Part shown: positions 17,984-29,086 of the stretch, in pieces
Layout: every line of letters starts with the position of its first letter
How positions within the stretch are numbered: the first letter of the stretch is position 1
From: an uncultured Pseudomonadota bacterium
GTDB lineage: Bacteria; Myxococcota_A; Polyangia; Fen-1088
Length of the DNA: 64,000 bases
Assembly: GCA_963847705.1 (NCBI GenBank)
Contig: CAWKBC010000030.1
Location: 256,001-320,000 of the forward strand
Reading direction: 5' to 3'
Program-made: the position numbers and the translations under genes
The notes under the pieces: model-generated
Told to the model about the DNA's origin: nothing
What the model saw: the letters and a program-made list of their open reading frames with translations, nothing else
Databases searched by the model: none

Positions 17984-19432
17984 ATGACCCCCGCGGTCGT
18001 CTTGCTGGTCGCCCTGGTGGCGGAGGATCCGGCGGTCCTTCGCAACGCTCCCCGCGACAACGCCCCCGCGCAGGCCACCTTGTGGCGCGGGGACTGGCTG
18101 GAGGTGCGCGGCGAGAGCGCCGGGTTCCTCAAGGTCTACGACCACCGGCACGAGCGCCCCGGTTACCTGCGGCCCTCGCAGGTGCGGGAGTACCGGCTGG
18201 ATGAAAGCGCAGCGCCCGAGCTGGCCGCGGTCGTTCGCTTTCTGCGCGAGGCCAACGGCTCCGAGTCGCTGGGGATCGGGTATGCGGCGCTGGCGCTGCG
18301 GGCGGCGCCGGCCGGCACCGACACCAGCGAGCTCCTGGCCGCGATCGGCGGCATGGCCGACCGGCTGGCGCGGCGCGCTTCGGCGCGGCGGGCCGACGCC
18401 AGGGACGCCACGCTGGCGGCGCACGTCGCGGTCGCCGAGAGCTACGGCGTGAAGTTCGAGGTCACCGAACCGGAGGAGGTCGGCGGGCGCGCGCGGATCT
18501 GCTACGACGGCGAGGCCTGGGCGGCGGTGCTGGCGTCGCCCGTGGCGGCGCCGGCCGAGCGGGCCCGCGCGGCGCTGTTTCTCTCGGTGGACCCCTGCCG
18601 CGATCCGGTGCAACCGCCGGCCGAGGCACGGCTCTGGAACGATCGCCGCCTGCGGGCGCTGGAGACGGTCGACCTCGTGGCGGCGGGCGCGCTCCCCGCG
18701 TCGCTCGGGGGTCGGGTCCGGTTGCGCCACGCCGAGGCGCTGGCCTGGCGGGCGTTCGACGAGGCGAGGCAGGCCCACGCCGAGGCAGCATCGCGCGCCG
18801 AGGGGGCGGCGGTGCGGGAGCTGGCGCTCTGCGATCGCGGGGTGCTGGCGCCGGAGGATCTCGATCTCTACGACGAGACCGCGGTCCGCGTGGCTGCCTC
18901 GCGCTGGGCGGCCGAGACGCCACCCAAGGAGAAAGCGAGCCGCGCCCGCAAGACGGTCGTCTCCTTCGCGCCGCGCGCGCCCGGGGAGACCTGCGTCCGA
19001 CTGACCGACGGTGCGGCCGACAAGGCGCAGCTCCTGGGGGAGCGCTGCACGTTCGGCGTCGTCTGGCCGAGCGCGCTCCGCTGGGCCCCCTCGGGCGACC
19101 TCGCCACGCTGGCCGTTCAGCCGCTCCCTGCCTGGACGGAGCTCTGGGTCCTGCGCCGGGCCGCCGACGGCAGCTGGGGCTTCGACACCCTCACCGCCGC
19201 CGCGACCGATCCCGACGTCGGCTACGTCGAGTCAGCCGGGTTCTCACCCGACGGTGGCCGCCTGCTGGTCGTTCGCGAGGCCCGCGCCGCGGGCCACCTC
19301 TCCCGCCGGTTTCAGGTGCTGCTCACCGGGGCGCTCTCGGTCGAGACGTGGGCCAGCAGCGCCGACAAGCTGGTCGCCTTCAAGCGCTGGAGCGCCCCGT
19401 CCTGGCGGGCCGGCACGCTGGCGTTGAGGTAA
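17984..19432 (+). CDS. Hypothetical protein: SH3b-like N-terminus, helical middle, partial beta-propeller C-terminus
   Basis: LRNAP...LWRGDWLEVRGE...GFLKV...GYL (SH3b-like); WAPSG and FSPDG..LLV (TolB-like blades). Starts 2 nt after the SPFH stop. Confidence 0.6.
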   Translation: MTPAVVLLVALVAEDPAVLRNAPRDNAPAQATLWRGDWLEVRGESAGFLKVYDHRHERPGYLRPSQVREYRLDESAAPELAAVVRFLREANGSESLGIGYAALALRAAPAGTDTSELLAAIGGMADRLARRASARRADARDATLAAHVAVAESYGVKFEVTEPEEVGGRARICYDGEAWAAVLASPVAAPAERARAALFLSVDPCRDPVQPPAEARLWNDRRLRALETVDLVAAGALPASLGGRVRLRHAEALAWRAFDEARQAHAEAASRAEGAAVRELALCDRGVLAPEDLDLYDETAVRVAASRWAAETPPKEKASRARKTVVSFAPRAPGETCVRLTDGAADKAQLLGERCTFGVVWPSALRWAPSGDLATLAVQPLPAWTELWVLRRAADGSWGFDTLTAAATDPDVGYVESAGFSPDGGRLLVVREARAAGHLSRRFQVLLTGALSVETWASSADKLVAFKRWSAPSWRAGTLALR

Positions 19433-19556
19433 CGCCGTACGCACCGGCCTGGGTGAACGGCCGGGCGGACGATGAAGCCCGCCCCTCGCGCCGCTCGTGC
19501 GCGGTGACGACGCGGAAGATCTGGCCGGCGCCGTCGTTGACTCCAGCAGTCGCCAT
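19433..19556 (-). pseudogene. Truncated N-terminal remnant of a pirin-family gene
   Basis: GGGAGA RBS and ATG 19556. With one -1 and one +1 indel it reads RVVTAHERREGAGFIVRRPF, the typical pirin N-terminus; the rest of the gene is absent. Confidence 0.55.
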
Positions 19557-19704
19557 GTTTTCTCCCTAGGTATCGTTTCTGATGTGTGTGAAGCGCCCCT
19601 GGTTACACACCTGCTTTTTTCTGCGTCGAAAAACGAGACGGAAGAAGAGTCGGTCTTACAATGATTAAGTTCGAACGTGACTCAAGCGTGGTGAGGGACC
19701 GACG

Positions 19705-20208
19705 ATGCAATCAGTTATGAGCGACGTCGAAGCCTTGTTGAGCGTCGACGCCGGGCGCGTGCCGCCCGGGACGGTGGCATTTTTTGCGCGCGATCCGGAG
19801 CGGACCAAGCGGCGCGTCCTGGCGGTCTTTGCGGTGCTGGTGGGCAGCGCGGCGGTCGCCAGCCTGCTCGCCGGGCTGAGCCGGCCGCCGATCGCCCTCC
19901 TGGCGCTGGCGACCATTGGCCTGTTCGTCATGGCGCTGCCGCCCGAGCGCGATCCCGAGACGGCCGGACACAAGCGCGCGACGCTGGTGCTGACCCCGAA
20001 CGGAATGATCGTGCGCGACAACTCGGGCCTGCGGAGCTGGAGCTTCGACGACCTGGTCGACGTTCGGCCGTTTCTCCATCAGCAGCGGATCGGCCTGCTC
20101 ATCGCCCGGCGCGACGGCGGGCGGGAGTTCGTCGACACGCTGCTGTTCAAGCGGGGTGAGAAGGTCAACGAGCTGATCGGCCGCCGCCTCAAGCCGCGCG
20201 AGGCCTGA
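19705..20208 (+). CDS. Hypothetical two-TM membrane protein with a PH-like C-terminal domain
   Basis: Two hydrophobic helices, then LVLTPNGMIV...WSFDDL. TACAAT at 19657-19662 upstream. Confidence 0.6.
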   Translation: MQSVMSDVEALLSVDAGRVPPGTVAFFARDPERTKRRVLAVFAVLVGSAAVASLLAGLSRPPIALLALATIGLFVMALPPERDPETAGHKRATLVLTPNGMIVRDNSGLRSWSFDDLVDVRPFLHQQRIGLLIARRDGGREFVDTLLFKRGEKVNELIGRRLKPREA

Positions 20209-20227
20209 CCCCACGCGGCGTCGCCCG

Positions 20228-20887
20228 TCAGAACGGGATCGCCAGACCGAAATCGGCGCCGAGCGTGGTGTACTTCTGGTTGGCGCTCCCCGCCTTCCCG
20301 CTCAGGCCGACGTTGGCGACGGGCGCGAAGGTGATCGCGAGGTGGGGCGAAACGACGATCACCGCGGCGAGATCGATCGTCAAGCCGAGATAGCTATAGA
20401 TCGTCGAGTTGATGTAGGTGACGCCGGCTCGTGGCCAGACGCCCAGCCACGGGCCTATCATCGTCCCATATCCGACACGGGGGGCGACCTCGAAGGCGTT
20501 GGTGGAGCTGTCGCCGCCGGTGGTGCGAGAGAAGGCCAGAGCGGCGCCCGCGCTGACCGACTTCGTCACGAAGTAGTCGAACCCGAGCCGGGGCCAATCG
20601 TAGGGGTTGACCTGAACCCCCAGGAACGGACTGCCCAGGATGCTGAATGTGCTCTGGTTGGTGCCTGGTGACGGATGGTCCCAGGTGTAGCCGAACAAGC
20701 GCTCCACCGAGAGGACGAACTGGCCGCCGTCACCGAAGCCGGTCGGGACGGAGGGTGACGTCGTGGGGGCGGCCTCCGCCGCGGGCGAGCCTGGGGTCTC
20801 GAGCGTCTGTGCGCGCACCTCCGCCGCCGACAGTGCGACCGCCAGACTCAACGCGCCGTGCAACATCCATTTCTGGTTGCTGAGCAT
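20228..20887 (-). CDS. Outer-membrane beta-barrel protein (probable paralogue of 10084-11010)
   Basis: Signal peptide ending VRA; FGDGG, FDYF and VWPR motifs; terminal Phe. Confidence 0.65.
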   Translation of the reverse strand: MLSNQKWMLHGALSLAVALSAAEVRAQTLETPGSPAAEAAPTTSPSVPTGFGDGGQFVLSVERLFGYTWDHPSPGTNQSTFSILGSPFLGVQVNPYDWPRLGFDYFVTKSVSAGAALAFSRTTGGDSSTNAFEVAPRVGYGTMIGPWLGVWPRAGVTYINSTIYSYLGLTIDLAAVIVVSPHLAITFAPVANVGLSGKAGSANQKYTTLGADFGLAIPF

Positions 20888-21057
20888 TCTTGGGTCCTTT
20901 CTTGTTCCGGGTTTGGTCGGGTTAGAGCCGGACGCCCGGGCAAACCATCGCCGAAAGGGGAGGTTAGTCAACAGTTTGTCGACGGGGACGGGCCGGGGCG
21001 TCGGTTGTCGGCGACGTTGCTGTCGGCGAGCTTCGCGGTCAAGATCGCGCCCCCCAC

Positions 21058-23760
<2,703 letters not shown>

Positions 23761-23787
23761 CCGCGGGCGACGAGCTCGATCGAAGTT

Positions 23788-23808
23788 CGGGGCCCTCAAA
23801 GGGTCCCG
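23788..23808. repeat. REP-like hairpin CGGGGCCCT-CAA-AGGGTCCCG between convergent genes
   Basis: 9-bp stem with one G-T pair; related copies at 58762 and 60042. Confidence 0.55.
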
Positions 23809-23859
23809 TGCCTCGCGTGAGGTCGAGCCGGCGGAGCCGTCTCGAGCTCACGCGATTGG

Positions 23860-24777
23860 CTAGATGCGGGCGACGAGCGCTTCGGACTCTTGCCAGAGCC
23901 GCGCCGCCAGCGTCATGTCGCCCGCGATCGGCGTCGTCTCCGAGGGGTTGCAGTCGGCGTAGTAGGCGCCGGTGACCTTGGCGACCGCCGGGCTGGCGGC
24001 GAGGTAGCACTGGGTGGCGGCGCCCTGGGCGGGCGTCTTCAAGATGAGCGGGGAGGCCATCTTCATCGCCAGCTGCGCCACGGCCGGGATGGTGCGGGTG
24101 ATCCCGGTGGAGATGACGCCGGGGTGGAGCGTGTTGGCGGTCTGCGTTCCGTTGCCGAGGCGGCGCGCCAGCTCCCGGGTGAACAGGATGTTGGCCAGCT
24201 TCGAGGCGCCGTAGGCCTTCATCGGCTCGTACCCACGCTCACCCGAGAGGTTGTCGAACTCGATCCCGGCCGCGGGCGCGCGGCGGTGCGCGTTGCTGGC
24301 GGTGACGACCACGCGGCCGGCCGCGGCCAGCCGGTCGAGCAGGCCGGTGATCAAGATGAAGTGCCCGATGTGGTTGGTGAAGAGGTGCAGCTCCCAGCCG
24401 AACTTTTGCTGAGGCTTCGGGATCGCCATCACCCCCGCGTTGGCGATGATCGCGTCAAGCGGCGCCGCGCCGGCCTTCACGGCGGCGACGCAGGCGCGCA
24501 CCGACGCCGGGTCGGAGAGCTCGCAGGCGAGCGGCAGGAAGTCGCCCTTGAGCCCGAGGCAGGCGTCGCGCGCCTTTTCCACCGTGCGGGCGGTGGCCAG
24601 CACGCGGGCGCCGCGCAGGGCCAGCGCCCGGATCGTCTCCAGGCCCAGCCCCGAGTTGCAGCCGGTGACCAGCACCGTCTTGCCAGTGAGGTCGCACCCG
24701 GCGGTCGCCTCTTCGGCGGTCGTGCCGTAACCGAGCCCGTTCGCCCCTTTACCCTTCAGCGCCGCGACGATCGACAT
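23860..24777 (-). CDS. SDR family oxidoreductase (retinol dehydrogenase/WWOX-like)
   Basis: TGCNSGLG, NAG, NHIGHF, YGASK and HPG motifs. Confidence 0.92.
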   Translation of the reverse strand: MSIVAALKGKGANGLGYGTTAEEATAGCDLTGKTVLVTGCNSGLGLETIRALALRGARVLATARTVEKARDACLGLKGDFLPLACELSDPASVRACVAAVKAGAAPLDAIIANAGVMAIPKPQQKFGWELHLFTNHIGHFILITGLLDRLAAAGRVVVTASNAHRRAPAAGIEFDNLSGERGYEPMKAYGASKLANILFTRELARRLGNGTQTANTLHPGVISTGITRTIPAVAQLAMKMASPLILKTPAQGAATQCYLAASPAVAKVTGAYYADCNPSETTPIAGDMTLAARLWQESEALVARI

Positions 24778-24795
24778 GCGCCGTCAGATACCACA

Positions 24796-25851
24796 TCAGA
24801 AGAAGGTTCGGCGACCGAAGGATCGACGGGCCGCCAGCGGCCGGCGCGGCGGCGGAGCACTGTGGACGAGATTTCCCTCCACCATCACCGGCCCGAGATC
24901 GCCCAGCAATTCCAGACCACCCGTGTTGGCTCCCCCGGTTCCCTCGACCACCACGCTGAACTGGCTTCCGCGCCCGTCGTTGAAGGTGACGACCGTGTTG
25001 CGCGCCCCCGGCGTGATCTCGGGCTCGTCGCAGCAGACGTTGGAGACCAGCACGCCGTCGCCGGTCGCGTCGGCGGCGGGGTTGTCGGGGATGGTGACGC
25101 GGTTGCGCTCCACCAGCGTGTCGTCGGCGGCGAAGACGAAGATGCCGGCCATCGAGAAGGCGTCGAAGGCGTCCGGGATCGCGCCGGTCACCTCGTTGCC
25201 GACCACCACGTTCCGCTGGGGGCGGTTGATCGCCGCGCCCGGCCCCCCGGGCGCCGCCACGTCGTCGCGCGCGATCTGGATGACGATGCCGTCTCCGCCG
25301 GCGCACAGATCGCCGGTGCAATCGAACAGCGCCAGCCCCTCGATGCGGTTGCGGGCGATCAACCACCCGTCGCCGGCGGTGTTGGTGATCGCCTGGACGG
25401 TGCCGAGGAAGAGATTGTCGGTGACCCGCACGTCGTCGGCGAAGCGGGCGAAGACCCCCACCGCCAGGGGCTCGAGGTTGCTCTCGCTGATCCCGCTGCC
25501 GTCGAAGGTGAAGCCTTCGATGCGGGTGCCGCTGGCGGCGTTCGCGCCGTCCGTGCCCGGAAGGTAGAAGCCGGCCCGCAGCTCGTCGCCGATCGTCGGG
25601 CCCTCCGGGCATCCGACGATCGTCGGGCTCCCCTGGCCGATCAGCGTCAGTCTGGTGGTGATGGTGGCGCCGCAGTGGCTGCCCGGCGCCACCTCGATGA
25701 TGTCGCCGGCGTTCGAGGCGTCGACCGCGGCTTGAATCGTCCGGTAGCGCTCGGGGACGCGCCTGACCCGCGCGTACGAGGCCGAGGCGGCCGAGGTCAA
25801 CAAGCTGCACACCACCACGACGCCGATCCCGATCACCCGCGCTTGGACCAT
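24796..25851 (-). CDS. Secreted right-handed parallel beta-helix protein
   Basis: Signal peptide; VPERYRTIQAAVDA...GD.I.V.PG start; repeated N-x-V/I strands. Confidence 0.7.
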   Translation of the reverse strand: MVQARVIGIGVVVVCSLLTSAASASYARVRRVPERYRTIQAAVDASNAGDIIEVAPGSHCGATITTRLTLIGQGSPTIVGCPEGPTIGDELRAGFYLPGTDGANAASGTRIEGFTFDGSGISESNLEPLAVGVFARFADDVRVTDNLFLGTVQAITNTAGDGWLIARNRIEGLALFDCTGDLCAGGDGIVIQIARDDVAAPGGPGAAINRPQRNVVVGNEVTGAIPDAFDAFSMAGIFVFAADDTLVERNRVTIPDNPAADATGDGVLVSNVCCDEPEITPGARNTVVTFNDGRGSQFSVVVEGTGGANTGGLELLGDLGPVMVEGNLVHSAPPPRRPLAARRSFGRRTFF

Positions 25852-25911
25852 CTTGCCCTCCAGATGTTGTGGCGGGCCTCGAAGCCCGACCGAGCGCCAA
25901 TATAGCGCCGA

Positions 25912-27309
25912 TTACCCCGCGCGGCGTTTGAGCGCGTTTCCGGTGAACGTCGCCGCGAGATCCCAGATGGCGCTGGGGAAGCGGTGGGCGTCGGCGAGGA
26001 CGTCGTCGACGGCACGGAAGATCCAGTCCTCGTCGCGCTCGCTGAGGCAGAGCGGCGGCAACAGCTTGATGACGTACATGTCGTGCCCCGCGACCTGGCT
26101 CAAGATGCGGTGGCGGCTGAAGAGCGGCAGCACCACCATCTGGCAGTAGAGACCCTTGGTGGCCTTGTCGACCAGCGCCCAGGCGGCCCGCAGCTTGAGC
26201 GACTTCGGCGGCCCGAGCTCGAGCGCGATCATCATGCCGCGCCCGCGCACCTCGGCGAGCAGCTCGTAGCGGCCGCAGAGCTCCTTCAGGCGGCGGATCA
26301 GGCTTTCACCGCGGCGGGCGGCGTTCTCGATCAGCTTCTCGTCGTCGAGCACCTGCAGCGTGGCCAGGCCGGCGGCCATGGCCAGGTTGTTCTTCCCGAA
26401 CGTCGAGCCGTGCACCACCGCGCGATCCATCCGGTCGAAGGTCCTGTCGAAGATCCACCTCTTGCCGGCGACCGCGCCGACGGGCACGTAGCCGCCCGAG
26501 AGCGCCTTGGCGATCAGCACCAGATCGGGATCGACGCCCTCGCCCTGCGTGGCCAGGAACGTCCCGGTGCGGCCCAGCCCCGTCTGCACCTCGTCGGCCA
26601 CGAACAGGGTCCCGTGCCGGCGACAGAGGCGCGCCGCCTCGGCGAGATAACCGGGCGCCGGCAGGTTGACCCCCTTGCCCTGGATCGGCTCGACGATGAA
26701 CGCGGCCACGTCGCCCCGGCCAAGCGCCGCTTCGAGCGCCGGCAGATCGTTCCAGGGGACGCGCACGGCGTCGGCCAGCAGGGGCCCGAACCCTTCGCGG
26801 AAGATCGCGTCGCCGTTGAGCGACAGCGCGCCCATGGTCAGACCGTGGAAGGCGTGGTCGCAGAAGATCAGCTTGGCGCGTCGGGTCGCCTGGCGTGACA
26901 GCTTGATCGCCGCCTCGACCGCCTCGGTCCCCGAGTTGCAGAAGAAGACGCGCTCCTGGCCCGGCATGCGGGCGATGAGCTTCTCCGCCAGCATGCCGGC
27001 CAGCGGCGAGACGTCCATCTGCACCAGATCGGCCAGATCGCCGGCCAGCACCTCGGCGAGCGCGCGCTTCACCGTCGGATGATTGCGCCCGATGGCGAAC
27101 ACGCCGAAGCCGGAGAGGAGATCCAGATAGCGTTGCCCCTCCTTGTCATAGAGGTAGGCCCCCTCTGCGCGCACGTAGTGGCGATCGAACCCGATCGTCT
27201 TCAGCACCTGCACCATCTTGGGGTTCAGGTACTTCTCGTGGAGCGTGAACTTCTCTCCCGCGCGCGCCTCCAGCGCGTCGAGGATTCCGTCCTTGTCGTG
27301 GTCGCTCAC
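25912..27309 (-). CDS. hpnO: Class III PLP aminotransferase, aminobacteriohopanetriol synthase
   Basis: FFCNSGTEA, FHG, EPIQG, DEVQTG and AKALSGG motifs; coupled to hpnG; GTG start at the GTGA overlap. Confidence 0.82.
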   Translation of the reverse strand: MSDHDKDGILDALEARAGEKFTLHEKYLNPKMVQVLKTIGFDRHYVRAEGAYLYDKEGQRYLDLLSGFGVFAIGRNHPTVKRALAEVLAGDLADLVQMDVSPLAGMLAEKLIARMPGQERVFFCNSGTEAVEAAIKLSRQATRRAKLIFCDHAFHGLTMGALSLNGDAIFREGFGPLLADAVRVPWNDLPALEAALGRGDVAAFIVEPIQGKGVNLPAPGYLAEAARLCRRHGTLFVADEVQTGLGRTGTFLATQGEGVDPDLVLIAKALSGGYVPVGAVAGKRWIFDRTFDRMDRAVVHGSTFGKNNLAMAAGLATLQVLDDEKLIENAARRGESLIRRLKELCGRYELLAEVRGRGMMIALELGPPKSLKLRAAWALVDKATKGLYCQMVVLPLFSRHRILSQVAGHDMYVIKLLPPLCLSERDEDWIFRAVDDVLADAHRFPSAIWDLAATFTGNALKRRAG

Positions 27310-28061
27310 GCGGCCCCTCGCGCGGCCAGGCAGGCGGGCAGCGCCGCTTCGGCCGCGCGCGCCAACACCAGGGCGCACTCGGTGACGCGCTTGCGCAGCG
27401 CCAGCAGGACCGGCAAGGCGCCGGGATCGCCGAGGAGGCCCCGCAGCACCCGGCCGCGGCTGACCGCGCCGCCCGCGTCGAGGCTGCGGTTGAGCAGCGC
27501 CGGGAGCGCCTCGCCGGCGGTGTCACTCACCGCCCGCAGGACGATCCAGGGGATCCCCGCCCCGACGGCCCCGGCGACGTAGCTGGCGGACTCCAGGTCG
27601 ACCACCGCCAGACCCACGCCCGCCTGCCGCGCCAGCCGCCGCTTCTCGTCGACGCTGTCGGCGATCCGCCGCGCGCTCACGATCACCGCCGCGCGACCGC
27701 CGGTGGCCCGCGCCGTCGCCGCCACCGATTCGACGTCCGCCTCGCGCACGCGCCCCTCCTCGTCGGTCACACGGCTGGCGACGATCAGATCCGCGGTGGC
27801 CAGCTCGGGGCTGAGCGCCCCGGAGACGCCGATGACGACCAGCGCCCGCGCGCCCGAGGCCCCCAGCAAGGCGGCGACCCCCTCGCGGGCGTTGCGGGCG
27901 CCGTCGCCGGTGGTGGCCAGCGCCACCTCGTGCCCGCCCAATCGCCCGCGCTCGACGACCACCGAGCGGAGCGACGTGGGCTGCGCGCGCAGCGGCCCCG
28001 AGAGCCGCGCCCGCAGGGGCGCAAGCTCTTCCGGCATCGCCGCCACGATGGCGATCGTCAT
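27306..28061 (-). CDS. hpnG: Hopanoid-associated nucleoside phosphorylase
   Basis: PNP/MTA-nucleosidase fold (AAMPEE, GVSGAL, VDLES, RAVSD); lies between hpnH and hpnO. Confidence 0.78.
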   Translation of the reverse strand: MTIAIVAAMPEELAPLRARLSGPLRAQPTSLRSVVVERGRLGGHEVALATTGDGARNAREGVAALLGASGARALVVIGVSGALSPELATADLIVASRVTDEEGRVREADVESVAATARATGGRAAVIVSARRIADSVDEKRRLARQAGVGLAVVDLESASYVAGAVGAGIPWIVLRAVSDTAGEALPALLNRSLDAGGAVSRGRVLRGLLGDPGALPVLLALRKRVTECALVLARAAEAALPACLAARGAA

Positions 28062-28070
28062 CCCCTGCGT

Positions 28071-29072
28071 CTACCCCAGGAAGTTCCAGGCCGCCATACG
28101 CAGCATGTCCTTCGGGCTCTTGCGCAGGCCTCGCACGGCCGAGGCCTCGAACCCGCTGTGCATCGCGCAGTTCTGACACTTCTCGTCCTGGCGCGACTCC
28201 CAGTAGGCCCAGTCGGTCTTGGTCCAGAACTCGGTCCAGTCCTGCACGTACTCGTCGCCGATGAGATAGCAGGGCTTCTTCCACCCCTTGGGCGTGAAGG
28301 TCACCGTGCTCCAGGGGGAGCAGTCGTACTCGCGCATGCCGGCCGCGAACTCCAGGTACATCGGCGTCGACTGCATCCGGTACTGCTTGGAGAGCTCCAG
28401 CACGCGCCGGAACTTCCGCTGGATCTCCTGCTTGGTCAGGAAGATGTCGGCCTTCACCGATTCGTAGTGGTAGCCGGGCGAGACCAGCAGCCCGTCGACG
28501 CCCAGGCTCTTGACCAGCTTGCAGAGCTCCTCGATCTCCTCGACCGACGTCTCCTTGAAGACGGTGGTGTTGGTGGTGACGTGGTAGCCGCGCCGCTTGG
28601 CCTCCTTGATCATCGCGATCGCCTTGTCGAACACGCCCTCGCGCGCGCAGACCTTGTCGTGGGTCTCCCGCATCCCGTCGAGGTGGACGTTGATGGTGAG
28701 CCGCTTGTGCGGCGCGATCTTGCCGAACACCTTGGTGTCCAGCACCAGCCCGTTGGTGCACAGGTAGATGTGCTTCTTGCGCTCGATGATCCCGGCCAGC
28801 AGCTCGGCCAGCTCCGGATAGAGCGTCGGCTCGCCGCCGCAGATCGACACCGTGGGGGCGCCGCACTCGTCGAGCGCGCGCAGGCAGGTCTCGACCGGGA
28901 GGCGATCCGACAGCTTGCCGGTGTGCCGCTCAGTCGAGCAGCCCACGCAGGCGAGGTTGCAGGTATAAAGCGGCTCCAGCATCAGAACCAGCGGGTAGCG
29001 CGTCTCGCCCGCCGCCGCCTTCCGGAGCTGGTAGCCGACCTGGTCTGTCGTTATATGAATCGGAAACCGCAT
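28071..29072 (-). CDS. hpnH: Adenosylhopane-forming radical SAM enzyme
   Basis: LVLMLEPLYTCNLACVGC, GGEP and CQNCAMHSGFE motifs; adjacent to shc. Confidence 0.88.
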   Translation of the reverse strand: MRFPIHITTDQVGYQLRKAAAGETRYPLVLMLEPLYTCNLACVGCSTERHTGKLSDRLPVETCLRALDECGAPTVSICGGEPTLYPELAELLAGIIERKKHIYLCTNGLVLDTKVFGKIAPHKRLTINVHLDGMRETHDKVCAREGVFDKAIAMIKEAKRRGYHVTTNTTVFKETSVEEIEELCKLVKSLGVDGLLVSPGYHYESVKADIFLTKQEIQRKFRRVLELSKQYRMQSTPMYLEFAAGMREYDCSPWSTVTFTPKGWKKPCYLIGDEYVQDWTEFWTKTDWAYWESRQDEKCQNCAMHSGFEASAVRGLRKSPKDMLRMAAWNFLG

Positions 29073-29086
29073 GGCTCTCTCCTTAG

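Noticed and set aside
20938-20975. GGGCAAACCATCGCCGAAAGG resembles the start of a c-di-GMP-I riboswitch
   Set aside because: The downstream GACGCAAAG element and second stem are not evident. An Infernal search would be needed.
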